This document shows, piece by piece, positions 1 through 9,512 of a stretch of 64,000 bases of DNA; the stretch's first letter is position 1; each line of letters begins with the position of its first letter. The DNA is from a virus. A program made the translations under genes and the position numbers. The stretch spans positions 1 through 64,000 of the IMG/VR virus record IMGVR_UViG_3300042991_000159, one strand, 5' to 3'. The notes under the pieces are model-generated. The model saw nothing but the letters and a program-made list of their open reading frames with translations. It did no database searches and was not told the DNA's origin.

Positions 1-300
1 AATGAGATAGAGTTCAAAGACTTTATCAAGAATCCTGAAATATGGTCTGAAGAAGAACAAGATGCTGCTATGATTATCTTATTGTCTAAAAATGAGTTAC
101 ATCTTAAAGATATAATTCATGCTTATAATGGTAAAGTAATTAAAGAAACAACTATTACAAAGAGTGGAATTTTAGCAGCAGCACATCTTGCAGGTGCGAC
201 TGGTGTTAAACGATACTTTGAACATGGTGGTAACCCAAAAGATGCTTTTGGCACAAGTATAGAAGATTACCTTATCAAATTTTCTGGATTTAATTTCTAA
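1..300 (+). CDS. 5'-truncated lysozyme-like/transglycosylase-type protein
   Basis: Frame 1 is open from base 1. The motif GILAAAHLAGATGVKRY..G.NPKDAFGTS resembles lysozyme-fold muramidases. Confidence 0.5.
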   Translation, partial: NEIEFKDFIKNPEIWSEEEQDAAMIILLSKNELHLKDIIHAYNGKVIKETTITKSGILAAAHLAGATGVKRYFEHGGNPKDAFGTSIEDYLIKFSGFNF

Positions 301-305
301 AATGT

Positions 306-980
306 ATGAGTGAAATTATTGCAGTTGTAGGACAAACTGGTACAGGTAAATCTACATCGGTAGAAACTCTCAACCCAAAGGAAACGGTTATTATTGGTGT
401 AACTAATAAACCGCTTCCTTTTCGTGGTTGGAAGAAAAATTATGTATCAGGAGAAGGAGGAAATTATCTTATAACATCTGATCCCGCTAAAATTGTTAAA
501 GCACTTGATTATGTTGACAAGAATAGACCGGAGATAAAACAGATAGTTATAGACGATTTCCAGTACTTAATGAGTACAGAATTTATGAATCGTTCAGATG
601 AACAAGGTTGGCAGAAGTTTACCGATATCGCTAAACACGCTTGGAATGTAATTACCAAGAGTCGTGATTTAAGAGATAGTTTAAAGGTTTTTTTTCTTTG
701 TCATGATGAGATCATTACAGAAAATTTCCAACCTAAACGAAAAATTAAGACAATAGGGAAAATGCTCGATGAAAAGATTACTCTTGAAGGATTATTCACC
801 GTGGTATTATTTACAGATATACAAAAGACTAAAGAGAATGAACGTATATATACTTTCATAACCCAAAATGACGGAACTACTACAGGTAAATCACCTAAAG
901 GTATGTTTGAAGACCTAAATATTCCAAATGATTTAAGTTTAGTAATTAAGAAGATTAACGCTTATTACGAAGGAGAATAA
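306..980 (+). CDS. Phage AAA/Sak4-like P-loop ATPase
   Basis: Walker A GQTGTGKS and Walker B IVIDD; lies next to SSB and primase as in crAss-like replication blocks. Confidence 0.85.
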   Translation: MSEIIAVVGQTGTGKSTSVETLNPKETVIIGVTNKPLPFRGWKKNYVSGEGGNYLITSDPAKIVKALDYVDKNRPEIKQIVIDDFQYLMSTEFMNRSDEQGWQKFTDIAKHAWNVITKSRDLRDSLKVFFLCHDEIITENFQPKRKIKTIGKMLDEKITLEGLFTVVLFTDIQKTKENERIYTFITQNDGTTTGKSPKGMFEDLNIPNDLSLVIKKINAYYEGE

Positions 981-1005
981 TATTAATAACAAAAACTTTT
1001 AAAAA

Positions 1006-1797
1006 ATGGCAATTAATTCAAATTCGTCACAAACAGCAGTTGTGAGAGAGAGTAAACTCTATACCGGTCTGAAAAATATGAAAGTAGTAGGAATCAATCC
1101 TACAAAAGAAGAAATGGAAGCTATGGGTTACAGACCTAAAAACGCTCCTGTTTATCTTTCAACAGAAGGTAGTTTAGAGAAACTTAGACTTGATTTCTTT
1201 TTACAGGGAGAAGGTCTAAATGCAGGTGAAATTGTTCGTACTAAAATTGCTTTCTTCCTTGAGAATATTCCAAGGGTAGATAAGAATGGTACAAAAGGAG
1301 AATGGATTAACAATGTTGGTAGAACTGCATGGGGGGATATTAGTGTAGCACCTACACAATTTGCATGGTTTGATGCAGCAACAGCAAGAAAATGTAAGGT
1401 TGGTGAAGCAGATGTTCATTTATTCCTGATCAACTGGTTGAATGTTAAACCCGGAGACGAAGCCAAACTTGATAATTTTGATGCACTATTTAGTGGTAAC
1501 TATTCAGAACTTCGTGCTTTGTTAGCAGCTAATTTGAACAATGAGATCAAAGTTCTTTTAACTGTAAAAGACGGTAAATATCAATCCGTTTACACAAAGT
1601 ATTTTGATAGAGCAACTAATAAGCGTACAAGTTATTGGGAAGGTCACATCAAGAAACAGTCAGAAACAGGTTATCCTATCAAAGAAGATTTTTCAAACAG
1701 TTTCGAGTTTCAGGAATGGAGCGAACCTGTTGGTTTAATTAGTGGAGGTGGTGATGTTGATGATGATAATTCAAGTGGAGAATCTGATCCCTTTTAA
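1006..1797 (+). CDS. Single-stranded DNA-binding protein (crAss-type)
   Basis: Acidic C-terminal tail ending DDDNSSGESDPF (compare bacterial SSB DDIPF); position between ATPase and primase. Confidence 0.7.
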   Translation: MAINSNSSQTAVVRESKLYTGLKNMKVVGINPTKEEMEAMGYRPKNAPVYLSTEGSLEKLRLDFFLQGEGLNAGEIVRTKIAFFLENIPRVDKNGTKGEWINNVGRTAWGDISVAPTQFAWFDAATARKCKVGEADVHLFLINWLNVKPGDEAKLDNFDALFSGNYSELRALLAANLNNEIKVLLTVKDGKYQSVYTKYFDRATNKRTSYWEGHIKKQSETGYPIKEDFSNSFEFQEWSEPVGLISGGGDVDDDNSSGESDPF

Positions 1798-1807
1798 TTA
1801 ACAGATT

Positions 1808-2830
1808 ATGGCATTTGCACATGGTAATCAAGCCTTAACGAAAGAGAACATATTAGTTAAAATCGACTCTTATCAGTTGTTTAAAGTATATTGTCCTCAA
1901 TTTAAGGAGTTAGGAAAGATGTTCAGTAGTGAATTTCGACCTGATCCAAAACCATCGTGCCATATTATTGTATGGAAAGGAGATTTATTGTACAAAGATT
2001 TCGGAGAAGAAGGTTATAGAATCTTTGATTATATAGCAAGAAAATTCGATACAGACTATTATGGAGCATTACGAAGAGTAAATGAAGATTTTAATTTAGG
2101 ACTTGGAGGGAATGTTACAAGTAGCACTAGTTCTTCTTTGGTTATCCCAGAGAAAGCTAGTGAAGACTTGTATACAAGAGAATACAGACCTACTATAATC
2201 CAGATTAAAAAGAGAGATTGGACAAAGTTAGATGTAAAATATTGGTCTGAGTACGAAATTCCATTAAAGCTTCTTGAATATCATAATACCAAAAGTATTA
2301 GTCACTATAGAATAGATAGTGCAAGAAAGGAAAATGCATTCTATGCTGTCAATCCTTATATGCTCGGATATTCTTTTGATTATTATTGGAGTAATGGGGT
2401 GTTCAGAAGAAAACTTTACTTTCCACAATTAGATAAAGGAAGATTCATTAGCAATGTGGATGATACAATTGTTCAAGGATGGACTTTACTTCCTAAATAT
2501 GGAAAAGTTCTTTTCATAACAAAAAGTTACAAAGACATATTGATTTTTAATTTATTAGGTTATTGGGCTATAGCTCCTAACAGTGAACTTACTTATATTC
2601 CAGATGCAGTAATGGATAAACTTAAACAACGATTTGAGAATATTTATTGCTGGTTCGATAATGATGAAGGTGGAATAAAAGGAGCTAAACAGTTTACTGA
2701 AAGATTTGATTTAGAAATGATTCACAATCCATTAGGAGAACCTAAAGACCCATCAGATTATGTTAAGAAATATCGTCTTAAAACCTTTGACACACTGGTA
2801 TCTAAATTTTTGAAACATGGCAACAGATAA
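1808..2830 (+). CDS. DNA primase (Toprim)
   Basis: N-terminal FR.D.KPSC...YKDFG region, Toprim-like ITKSYKD and FDNDEGG, C-terminal KDPSDY. Confidence 0.85.
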   Translation: MAFAHGNQALTKENILVKIDSYQLFKVYCPQFKELGKMFSSEFRPDPKPSCHIIVWKGDLLYKDFGEEGYRIFDYIARKFDTDYYGALRRVNEDFNLGLGGNVTSSTSSSLVIPEKASEDLYTREYRPTIIQIKKRDWTKLDVKYWSEYEIPLKLLEYHNTKSISHYRIDSARKENAFYAVNPYMLGYSFDYYWSNGVFRRKLYFPQLDKGRFISNVDDTIVQGWTLLPKYGKVLFITKSYKDILIFNLLGYWAIAPNSELTYIPDAVMDKLKQRFENIYCWFDNDEGGIKGAKQFTERFDLEMIHNPLGEPKDPSDYVKKYRLKTFDTLVSKFLKHGNR

Positions 2831-3089
2831 TAAACGGTATATATGTTCATTTGTCAAAAAGGTGGATGGTGTATTAAAACCAAATGTCGTTGTAATTGCA
2901 GCATCAAATAATATAATTGCTGCTGCTAAGTTATGTGAAACTTACGATGTGGTTAATCATCAGATTCCTAGAGAATTCCATCATTCAAATAATCAAGAAG
3001 GTATTAAAACAATTCGGCTTGCCGAAACTAATACATACGAGGGAATAGAAGATGGAATGGAAGATACAAGTAGTGATTCCGAATCATGA
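2817..3089 (+). CDS. Hypothetical protein
   Basis: ORF overlaps both neighbours within the operon. Confidence 0.6.
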   Translation: MATDNKRYICSFVKKVDGVLKPNVVVIAASNNIIAAAKLCETYDVVNHQIPREFHHSNNQEGIKTIRLAETNTYEGIEDGMEDTSSDSES

Positions 3090-3522
3090 GGATAGATATT
3101 GTACAGCAAAAAAATCTAAAAAGTCAGGTAAACCGAAATATTGGACAATAAACGGGCAAGGACTTTATAATGCAACTTTGCATTACAGATTAAGAGGTAC
3201 AATAACTAAATACTTCCACGATTATTTATCCAAATACATAAAAAAACAGATTACTAAAGAAGATATTAAAACTCTTTCCCAAGGATTCGCTGATAATAAA
3301 GTTATCGGAGTTTCTGTAGATATATATGAAGTGAAAAGAGGCAAAATGCCTGATATTCGCAATATGTGGCTATGGGGGAAATGGTTTGAAGATGCTCTTC
3401 AGGAATGTGGAATTATTCCAGATGATAATCCAAATTATGTAATTGAAAGTGGAATAACACGTTATTTTTGGATAAATAACGTGAATGAAAGAAAGCTTAT
3501 ATTTCATATTTATTTTTGTTAA
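3052..3522 (+). CDS. RusA-like Holliday junction resolvase
   Basis: PDIRN...KWFEDALQECGIIPDDN matches the RusA D-x-D-N...K...D...G-x-I-x-D-D pattern with one variant residue. Confidence 0.7.
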   Translation: MEWKIQVVIPNHEDRYCTAKKSKKSGKPKYWTINGQGLYNATLHYRLRGTITKYFHDYLSKYIKKQITKEDIKTLSQGFADNKVIGVSVDIYEVKRGKMPDIRNMWLWGKWFEDALQECGIIPDDNPNYVIESGITRYFWINNVNERKLIFHIYFC

Positions 3523-3541
3523 ATTTTAAGTACGTACTATC

Positions 3542-4153
3542 ATGAGTAAAAGAAAAGTAACACTCAAGCTTACGACACAGAAGGATTTGATCGAAACCGA
3601 ATCCTCAGCTCGTACATTTGGAGAACTTCAAAAAGAAATGACCAATGTTGAATGGTCAGGTATGAGAGTGGTCGTAAGATCAACCAAAAATACCTTGCAA
3701 GACGATAATGCTCTGCTTCCAGCAGAAGATTTTGTGTTGTTTCTGGTTCCTGAAAAGGTTAAGTCTGGTGTAGTTGAGAAATTGAAAAATATTTCGACTG
3801 CAACATACAACGATCTAAGAAGCCATATATCTTATCTGAATAAGATGAAAAAAGCTGGTCTTCCTTCGGATGGTGGAACTGAACAACTTCGTAAAGTTGT
3901 ACAAAGTTACTATGACACAAAGAATCCTGCAAAAGGTCCTGTAATTGCTTCCAAATCTACTTCGGTAGAAAAAAACAGTCGTATCGTAGCGATTGAAGAA
4001 GCTCGTATCAAGATTAATGAAGCAATAGACGTAATTATTGCCAATGCGGGAGAAGCAAAAACAGTTGAAGATACAACTGAATATCTTATCAAAGTGTCTC
4101 TTGAAGACCTTGATAAAGAGATTCTGGAACTCAAGAAGAGTTTAAGTCTTTAG
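3542..4153 (+). CDS. Ubiquitin-like protein precursor (beta-grasp-like residues 1-76 ending KVKSG, plus 127-aa extension)
   Basis: Strand-strand-helix(TFGELQKEM)-strand-LQDDNALLP-strand(FVLFLVP) pattern ending at Gly76; immediately upstream of E2-, JAB- and E1-like genes. Confidence 0.7.
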   Translation: MSKRKVTLKLTTQKDLIETESSARTFGELQKEMTNVEWSGMRVVVRSTKNTLQDDNALLPAEDFVLFLVPEKVKSGVVEKLKNISTATYNDLRSHISYLNKMKKAGLPSDGGTEQLRKVVQSYYDTKNPAKGPVIASKSTSVEKNSRIVAIEEARIKINEAIDVIIANAGEAKTVEDTTEYLIKVSLEDLDKEILELKKSLSL

Positions 4154-4164
4154 ATTGATTATAC

Positions 4165-4206
4165 AGGTAACTGTAGTCATATATTAAAGACTACAGTTAC
4201 CTTTTT
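4165..4206 (+). terminator. Intrinsic terminator/hairpin after the Ubl gene
   Basis: Perfect 14-bp stem AGGTAACTGTAGTC/GACTACAGTTACCT followed by a T tract. Confidence 0.85.
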
Positions 4207-4228
4207 ATTAATTTAAAGTAGAAAAAAG

Positions 4229-5944
4229 ATGACAACAAATACAAATGAATTTATACAAGTCACTTCTGGTACGTTCATTCAAAGTGTTTTTGATGATATA
4301 GAAGATACACGAACACTTGCAAATGTTACATATACAATTACTAGCGACACAAACGATATTTCTTTACTTATCAGTCCTGAATCATTATTAAAATCTGCTA
4401 CAAAAAAAGTTGAATCCAAAGTTCAACCAAAATCTAATCTTAAAAAAGAAATTTCTAAAGAAGAGAGGATTCAAAATTGGAAAAGAGAAGGATATATAAT
4501 AAAGAAAAAAAGAACACATGTTAGTGAAGTAATTATTGGTCCAAATGATATTCTTATTGCTATTGATTCTTATAATAGACCAAAAATTTTTCATACTCAA
4601 GGTGGAAAAAAAGGTACTGTTGGTGAATTAATGACCAATAACATACCATCAAGTAAGTATAGTGATGATTACAAAGAGTTAACTACTACTTGCTTTTTCG
4701 ATAAAAATATGAATCCTTTAGAATTAAAAGTTCCTTTTCCGCTCAATCAAACGAAAATGTTTCCATTGTTAAATGTAAATCAAATTGATAGAGCTAATTT
4801 TTTAAACGGTATGGATGGTATTGGAAGTAATATCTGGATTATTGTTGACAAAAAGAAATTTCTTCGTTCTAAAGGAAAAGATTTTGTTATACGTCAAAAA
4901 CATAATATTAGTTACGATATAATAAAATCTGTAAAAAAGAAACTTATAAAGAATTTTGTTTTTCAAGAAGAACTTCTTAATAAACTTAAAGAAATAATTG
5001 GTGGAATTTATGATGAAGATAAATTTGAAATTATTTATTTTCAAACTTTTCACAATTCTAACAAATTTTATATTTTCAATGTTTTTAATGATTTAATTAT
5101 TAAAAATTCCATTGAAATAGAACATAAAATTCATACTTTAATTACGAAACTTAATGGTACTCATGATATACTTGATAATGATAAATCAGTTTTCAATTTT
5201 CGACCAAGATTAGAAGGAATAAGACTTGTTTATAATCCAGTAGATTCTTTTTATTCTTATACTCACTCACATATATCAAGAGGAAATATGGGACACATGG
5301 CTAATTTCTGTATGGGAGGTAACAATTTTCTTTCTCATATGATAGGTGATTCAGTTACAGATGTTGAGTTTGAGGGAATTATGATTTCTCTTTTTGATCA
5401 TATATCTTGGGAGTCTCTTGAAGGTGGTCCTTATTTTAAAATGGAGGATATTGGAAAAAGTTCTAGTCAAATATTTATTATTATGAATGAATTACGACTA
5501 AGACTATATGATAAGGAATCACTTAAAAATATTTTTGATTTTCTAAGTTCAATAGACTTATCTCCTTTAAAAAAAGCTTTTACTTTAACTAATCCTACAA
5601 AAGATGGATTAACATATCTTTTAGATAAGGATGTATTTTATGAAGAATTTTGCAAATTTTGGAAGAAAGTTGTTAGTGTTGCAAAAGCAAAAATCGAGAA
5701 TATTGATTCTATGTATATCAATGGTGAGTATATACAACCCGCTATAGTTGAAATTGAGAATTTTAAAAATGATTTTCGTTCTTCTTCCTCTTATCCTTTT
5801 ATTAATCCTGATACGATTGATATAATTATGAAATACTTTCATTTTCAAATAAATAAAGAATTAAAAAATGATAAACAAAAAAGAAAAGATTACATATCCG
5901 ATATTCGAAATGCCGAGCAAAGGAAAACTGATTCTTCCGAGTGA
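4229..5944 (+). CDS. Putative E2-like (UBC-fold) conjugating enzyme with long N-terminal extension
   Basis: Motif YTHSH(346-348)...NFC(361)MGG resembles the prokaryotic E2 H-x-[NH]...C-x-G active site, followed by WESLEGGPY; sits between the Ubl and JAB genes. Confidence 0.6.
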   Translation: MTTNTNEFIQVTSGTFIQSVFDDIEDTRTLANVTYTITSDTNDISLLISPESLLKSATKKVESKVQPKSNLKKEISKEERIQNWKREGYIIKKKRTHVSEVIIGPNDILIAIDSYNRPKIFHTQGGKKGTVGELMTNNIPSSKYSDDYKELTTTCFFDKNMNPLELKVPFPLNQTKMFPLLNVNQIDRANFLNGMDGIGSNIWIIVDKKKFLRSKGKDFVIRQKHNISYDIIKSVKKKLIKNFVFQEELLNKLKEIIGGIYDEDKFEIIYFQTFHNSNKFYIFNVFNDLIIKNSIEIEHKIHTLITKLNGTHDILDNDKSVFNFRPRLEGIRLVYNPVDSFYSYTHSHISRGNMGHMANFCMGGNNFLSHMIGDSVTDVEFEGIMISLFDHISWESLEGGPYFKMEDIGKSSSQIFIIMNELRLRLYDKESLKNIFDFLSSIDLSPLKKAFTLTNPTKDGLTYLLDKDVFYEEFCKFWKKVVSVAKAKIENIDSMYINGEYIQPAIVEIENFKNDFRSSSSYPFINPDTIDIIMKYFHFQINKELKNDKQKRKDYISDIRNAEQRKTDSSE

Positions 5945-7040
5945 TATTATAACTCAAATTAATTTTCTTCATGGAAAAATAGGTAGTATTGAATGGTCAG
6001 GAATGTTATTTTATGATGTAGTTAAAGGTAATCCTTCTAAACCGGAAGATTTTGTGTTAAAAGTAAAACACATTTATTTAATGGATATTGGAACAGGTGC
6101 TTATACTGAATATGAAACCGATGGTGACTTCGTTGAAATCTATGATGAAATAGAAGAAGCTATGAACTGGAAAGTTGGTCATATTCATAGTCATCATACA
6201 ATGCAAACTTTCTTTAGTGGTACAGATATGGATGAACTACATGATAATGTTGATAAACACAATTATTATTTATCTTTAATTGTAAATCATGCTGGTAAAT
6301 ATCAAGCAAAGATTGCTTTTCTTTCTGATATTCATAGTTCTGCAAAAATGAATTTTATAAGCGATGAGGGATCAGTAAAACATTTTAAAACTCAGAACAT
6401 TGAGAAAAAAATGGCTGTAATAGATATGGATATCTATTACGAATATGCAGACCCTATTTTCTATAATCGTTATAATGCTATATTAAAGAAAAAAGAAGTC
6501 GCTAAGAAAGAAAAAGAGGTTAAGGAAGTTCAAGGTAATAAGTGGAATAGATGGGATAGAAAATATAGTCAAATGGGTGAACTTGATTTTCGAGCACTTC
6601 CTAAAGGAAAAAAAATAATTGAAGATGTTGATCCAAAAGATATGACAAACCTTCAAATTGAAAAACTTGCTCGTTGTATTTTTGCTGTTGATCCTGAATT
6701 AAAAGAAACAAGAACTAATTATCAAATCCTTCATCTTCTCGCAAATGTAAAAGAGGAAGAACTTGAATTCTATTATGATCATTTAGCTAACAACATAGAA
6801 TCAATTATTGAAAATTTCTTTGATGTAGAACTTGAATCAAATGAAATGGCAATTGTTCTTGATGAAGTAAAAGGTTCAATGATTCGTTTCCAAAATTCTC
6901 CTTATATTAAAAATGTAGTCAATGGTATTTCTGAGACCATTGATCAATTTTTTATGGATTTTACTAAGAGAGTCGAGGAAACCGATATGGAAGAACAGTT
7001 AGAAAAAGAATTAGAAAAAGAATTATTAGAAATGGAATGA
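5868..7040 (+). CDS. JAB/MPN+ (JAMM) metalloprotease
   Basis: Exact JAMM motif E42...H107-x-H109-x7-S117-x2-D120 (IEWSG...HIHSHHTMQTFFSGTD). Confidence 0.9.
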   Translation: MINKKEKITYPIFEMPSKGKLILPSDIITQINFLHGKIGSIEWSGMLFYDVVKGNPSKPEDFVLKVKHIYLMDIGTGAYTEYETDGDFVEIYDEIEEAMNWKVGHIHSHHTMQTFFSGTDMDELHDNVDKHNYYLSLIVNHAGKYQAKIAFLSDIHSSAKMNFISDEGSVKHFKTQNIEKKMAVIDMDIYYEYADPIFYNRYNAILKKKEVAKKEKEVKEVQGNKWNRWDRKYSQMGELDFRALPKGKKIIEDVDPKDMTNLQIEKLARCIFAVDPELKETRTNYQILHLLANVKEEELEFYYDHLANNIESIIENFFDVELESNEMAIVLDEVKGSMIRFQNSPYIKNVVNGISETIDQFFMDFTKRVEETDMEEQLEKELEKELLEME

Positions 7041-7735
7041 TGGATAAAATCGAAGTTAAAAAATCAAGATTTCGAGATGCATCATGGTTTGAAAAGATAG
7101 ACAAATTTAACGTTCCCGTTATCATTGGGGGAGCTGGTGGAATTGGTAGCTGGTTGACGTTATTTCTCGCAAGAATGTTGCCGTCAACCGGCTATATCTT
7201 TCTTTATGACTTTGATGAAGTCGAAGAAGTTAACATGGCTGGACAACTTTTTGGTAAAGAGCATCTTCGTATGCCTAAAGTACAAGCTGTATATGATGTT
7301 GTAAGCAGATTCAGTGATTATGAGAGAATGTCTCTTCAGAATATGAAATATACTTCTGAGAGTCTTCGTAGTCCTGTTATGTTTTCAGCATTCGACAATA
7401 TGCAAGCACGAAAAGATATGTTCCAGAATTGGAAAAAAGAAGAAAAGTTACATGATCTAGGTAAAATTTTTATTGACGGTCGTTTACTTGCAGAACAACT
7501 TCAAGTATTCTTTGTAACTCCCGAAACGGAAGAGAGATATGAAAAAGAATATCTCTTTGATGATTCCGAAGTTCAGGCAGAAAACTGTAGTTATAAACAA
7601 ACTAGTCATTTTGCAGCAATCATTGCTGCTAAAATGATTCAAGGTTTTACTAACTGGTTAGTTAAAGACCAAGCTGAACTTCCTTTTTATTACGAAGAAA
7701 TAGGTGGTTTATTTTTAACTAAAGCAGAAAATTAA
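7037..7735 (+). CDS. E1-like ThiF/MoeB-family adenylating enzyme
   Basis: GAGGIGS nucleotide-binding loop, DFDEVEEVNMAGQ, K81, AFDNMQAR, IDGR; the only Cys (C184) is in the crossover-loop position. Confidence 0.9.
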   Translation: MMDKIEVKKSRFRDASWFEKIDKFNVPVIIGGAGGIGSWLTLFLARMLPSTGYIFLYDFDEVEEVNMAGQLFGKEHLRMPKVQAVYDVVSRFSDYERMSLQNMKYTSESLRSPVMFSAFDNMQARKDMFQNWKKEEKLHDLGKIFIDGRLLAEQLQVFFVTPETEERYEKEYLFDDSEVQAENCSYKQTSHFAAIIAAKMIQGFTNWLVKDQAELPFYYEEIGGLFLTKAEN

Positions 7736-8472
7736 TGGAAATTAATATATTTTATAACGGTATAAAATTTGATTATGGTGATACTGCAATAAGATTTAGA
7801 ACCAATAGTAAATCTGAATATGTTCCGCTGATTATGATACTTCATAATAAAAGAAAAATTCCTCTTTTTACTGAAAACTATTGTGGCTTTTTTAAAAATT
7901 TAGAAAATCCGTTTACTTTTAAATATACTCAACGTGTTTATAAATTTAGCAGATCAATGATAAGAGCCAGATACAATAACGAAGATTATAATAGCAGATA
8001 TATTAGTATCTCAATGTTAAGTATATTTGGTATAAAAGATAAACTTGAAAGTGGGATTTCAAATCTTAAACAAGGGGATAGTCCAAATGTTAATATATAT
8101 AACAATATTGATGTTTTTGCCTTAGCAGTAATTAAGAAATCAAATATAAGGAAAATTAAAAATGAAAAGGAAAAATTTATTATTGATTCTCAATATATAA
8201 AGATTTTAGTTTCAAAAGAGAAATTTAAATCTCCTAAATATATGAATATCAATTATAATGCAACTTCAGGAAGACATCTTTTACGTGAATTTAATTTATA
8301 TACAAATTCTAACGATATAGAACAAATTGTCGTATCAGATGAGGAATTGAAGAAGTTTTATTATAATCCATTTGCTTTAAAAACTAATTCTATAATGGAA
8401 GCGATGGAAGAAGATCAAAACATTAAAGAAGTAGTATTTCATAAGTTACAACACAATTTAGTATATGATTGA
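7735..8472 (+). CDS. Hypothetical protein translationally coupled to E1
   Basis: TAATG overlap with the E1 stop codon; AT-rich. Confidence 0.7.
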   Translation: MEINIFYNGIKFDYGDTAIRFRTNSKSEYVPLIMILHNKRKIPLFTENYCGFFKNLENPFTFKYTQRVYKFSRSMIRARYNNEDYNSRYISISMLSIFGIKDKLESGISNLKQGDSPNVNIYNNIDVFALAVIKKSNIRKIKNEKEKFIIDSQYIKILVSKEKFKSPKYMNINYNATSGRHLLREFNLYTNSNDIEQIVVSDEELKKFYYNPFALKTNSIMEAMEEDQNIKEVVFHKLQHNLVYD

Positions 8473-9502
8473 TCAAGTAACCGAAGAGGTGTTTAAAAAC
8501 ACTAAAGGGGTAAGCTATTCACGATTATCTAAGTTGGCAGAAAGTCCACAGGCGTATCAAGCAGCACTAGCGGAGGAAGACGATTCCTCTGCTATGGCTC
8601 TTGGTTCGGCAGTGGATATAATGCTAACTCAACCAGAAAGATTTGAAGAATTAGTTTATGTAATGTCTGCGGAGAAACCGGGAAGCGAAATGATGCAAAT
8701 ATTTTGTGAGGTTTACGCTGAGACAGAAGATAAAGTGCGTGCTCATGCAGCATCAGGATTTAAAATTAATCTTGATCGTGTGATGATTAAATTTAACGAA
8801 GAGGGGAAAGAATATTATGAGGCGATTATTAAAGGAAAAGGAAAAAAGATTCTCGATATAGAGGGGATGTTCAAGGCAAACAAAATAGTTGATACATTAA
8901 AAACTAATCCTTGGACTAAAAAATATTTTGTACCGGAAGAAGGAGTTGAACTTTTGTTTCAACCAAAAATTATATGGGACCTACCTTATCATTCATATGT
9001 TGATGATAAGTTAAGAACAGTTACAGCGAAATCAATGTTGGATGTAATACGAATTGATCATGCGAATAAAGTGATTCAGCCTATTGATCTGAAAACAGGA
9101 GCAGAAAGCTTTATGAAAGCTTATTGGAAATATAGACGGTATCTTCAGGGAGCTATGTATACAACAGCTACCCATTATGCGTTATCTTCTGATCAGGCTC
9201 TTATACAGGAATATGAAATTGAGAACATGAAGTTCATATTTGCAGATAGTAACTTAGTATTTCCACCTGTAATTTATAAAATGTCAAATGTTGATTATGA
9301 CATTGGAATAGCAGGATTACATTATACTACGTTTGCAAATGATAAGATGCAGATTATTACAGATCGTTGGAAAGTAAAAGGATACTCTCAACTTGCAGCA
9401 GAACTTGAATGGCACGAAAAGAATAATATGTGGGACTATAGTTATGATGTCTATCAGAAAAAGGGTGAGTTAGACATTGATGCGTTTATCGTTAAATTTT
9501 AA
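8465..9502 (+). CDS. PD-(D/E)XK exonuclease (RecE/ExoVIII/Cas4-like)
   Basis: SYSRLS N-terminal motif, ALGSAVD, KSMLD...PIDLKT, YLQGAMY. Confidence 0.8.
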   Translation: MIDQVTEEVFKNTKGVSYSRLSKLAESPQAYQAALAEEDDSSAMALGSAVDIMLTQPERFEELVYVMSAEKPGSEMMQIFCEVYAETEDKVRAHAASGFKINLDRVMIKFNEEGKEYYEAIIKGKGKKILDIEGMFKANKIVDTLKTNPWTKKYFVPEEGVELLFQPKIIWDLPYHSYVDDKLRTVTAKSMLDVIRIDHANKVIQPIDLKTGAESFMKAYWKYRRYLQGAMYTTATHYALSSDQALIQEYEIENMKFIFADSNLVFPPVIYKMSNVDYDIGIAGLHYTTFANDKMQIITDRWKVKGYSQLAAELEWHEKNNMWDYSYDVYQKKGELDIDAFIVKF

Positions 9503-9512
9503 ACTATAAGAT

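Noticed and set aside
7037-7735. ThiF as a thiamine/molybdopterin biosynthesis auxiliary gene
   Set aside because: No thiS/thiG/moa genes are in the window; the neighbours are E2-like, JAB and Ubl genes.
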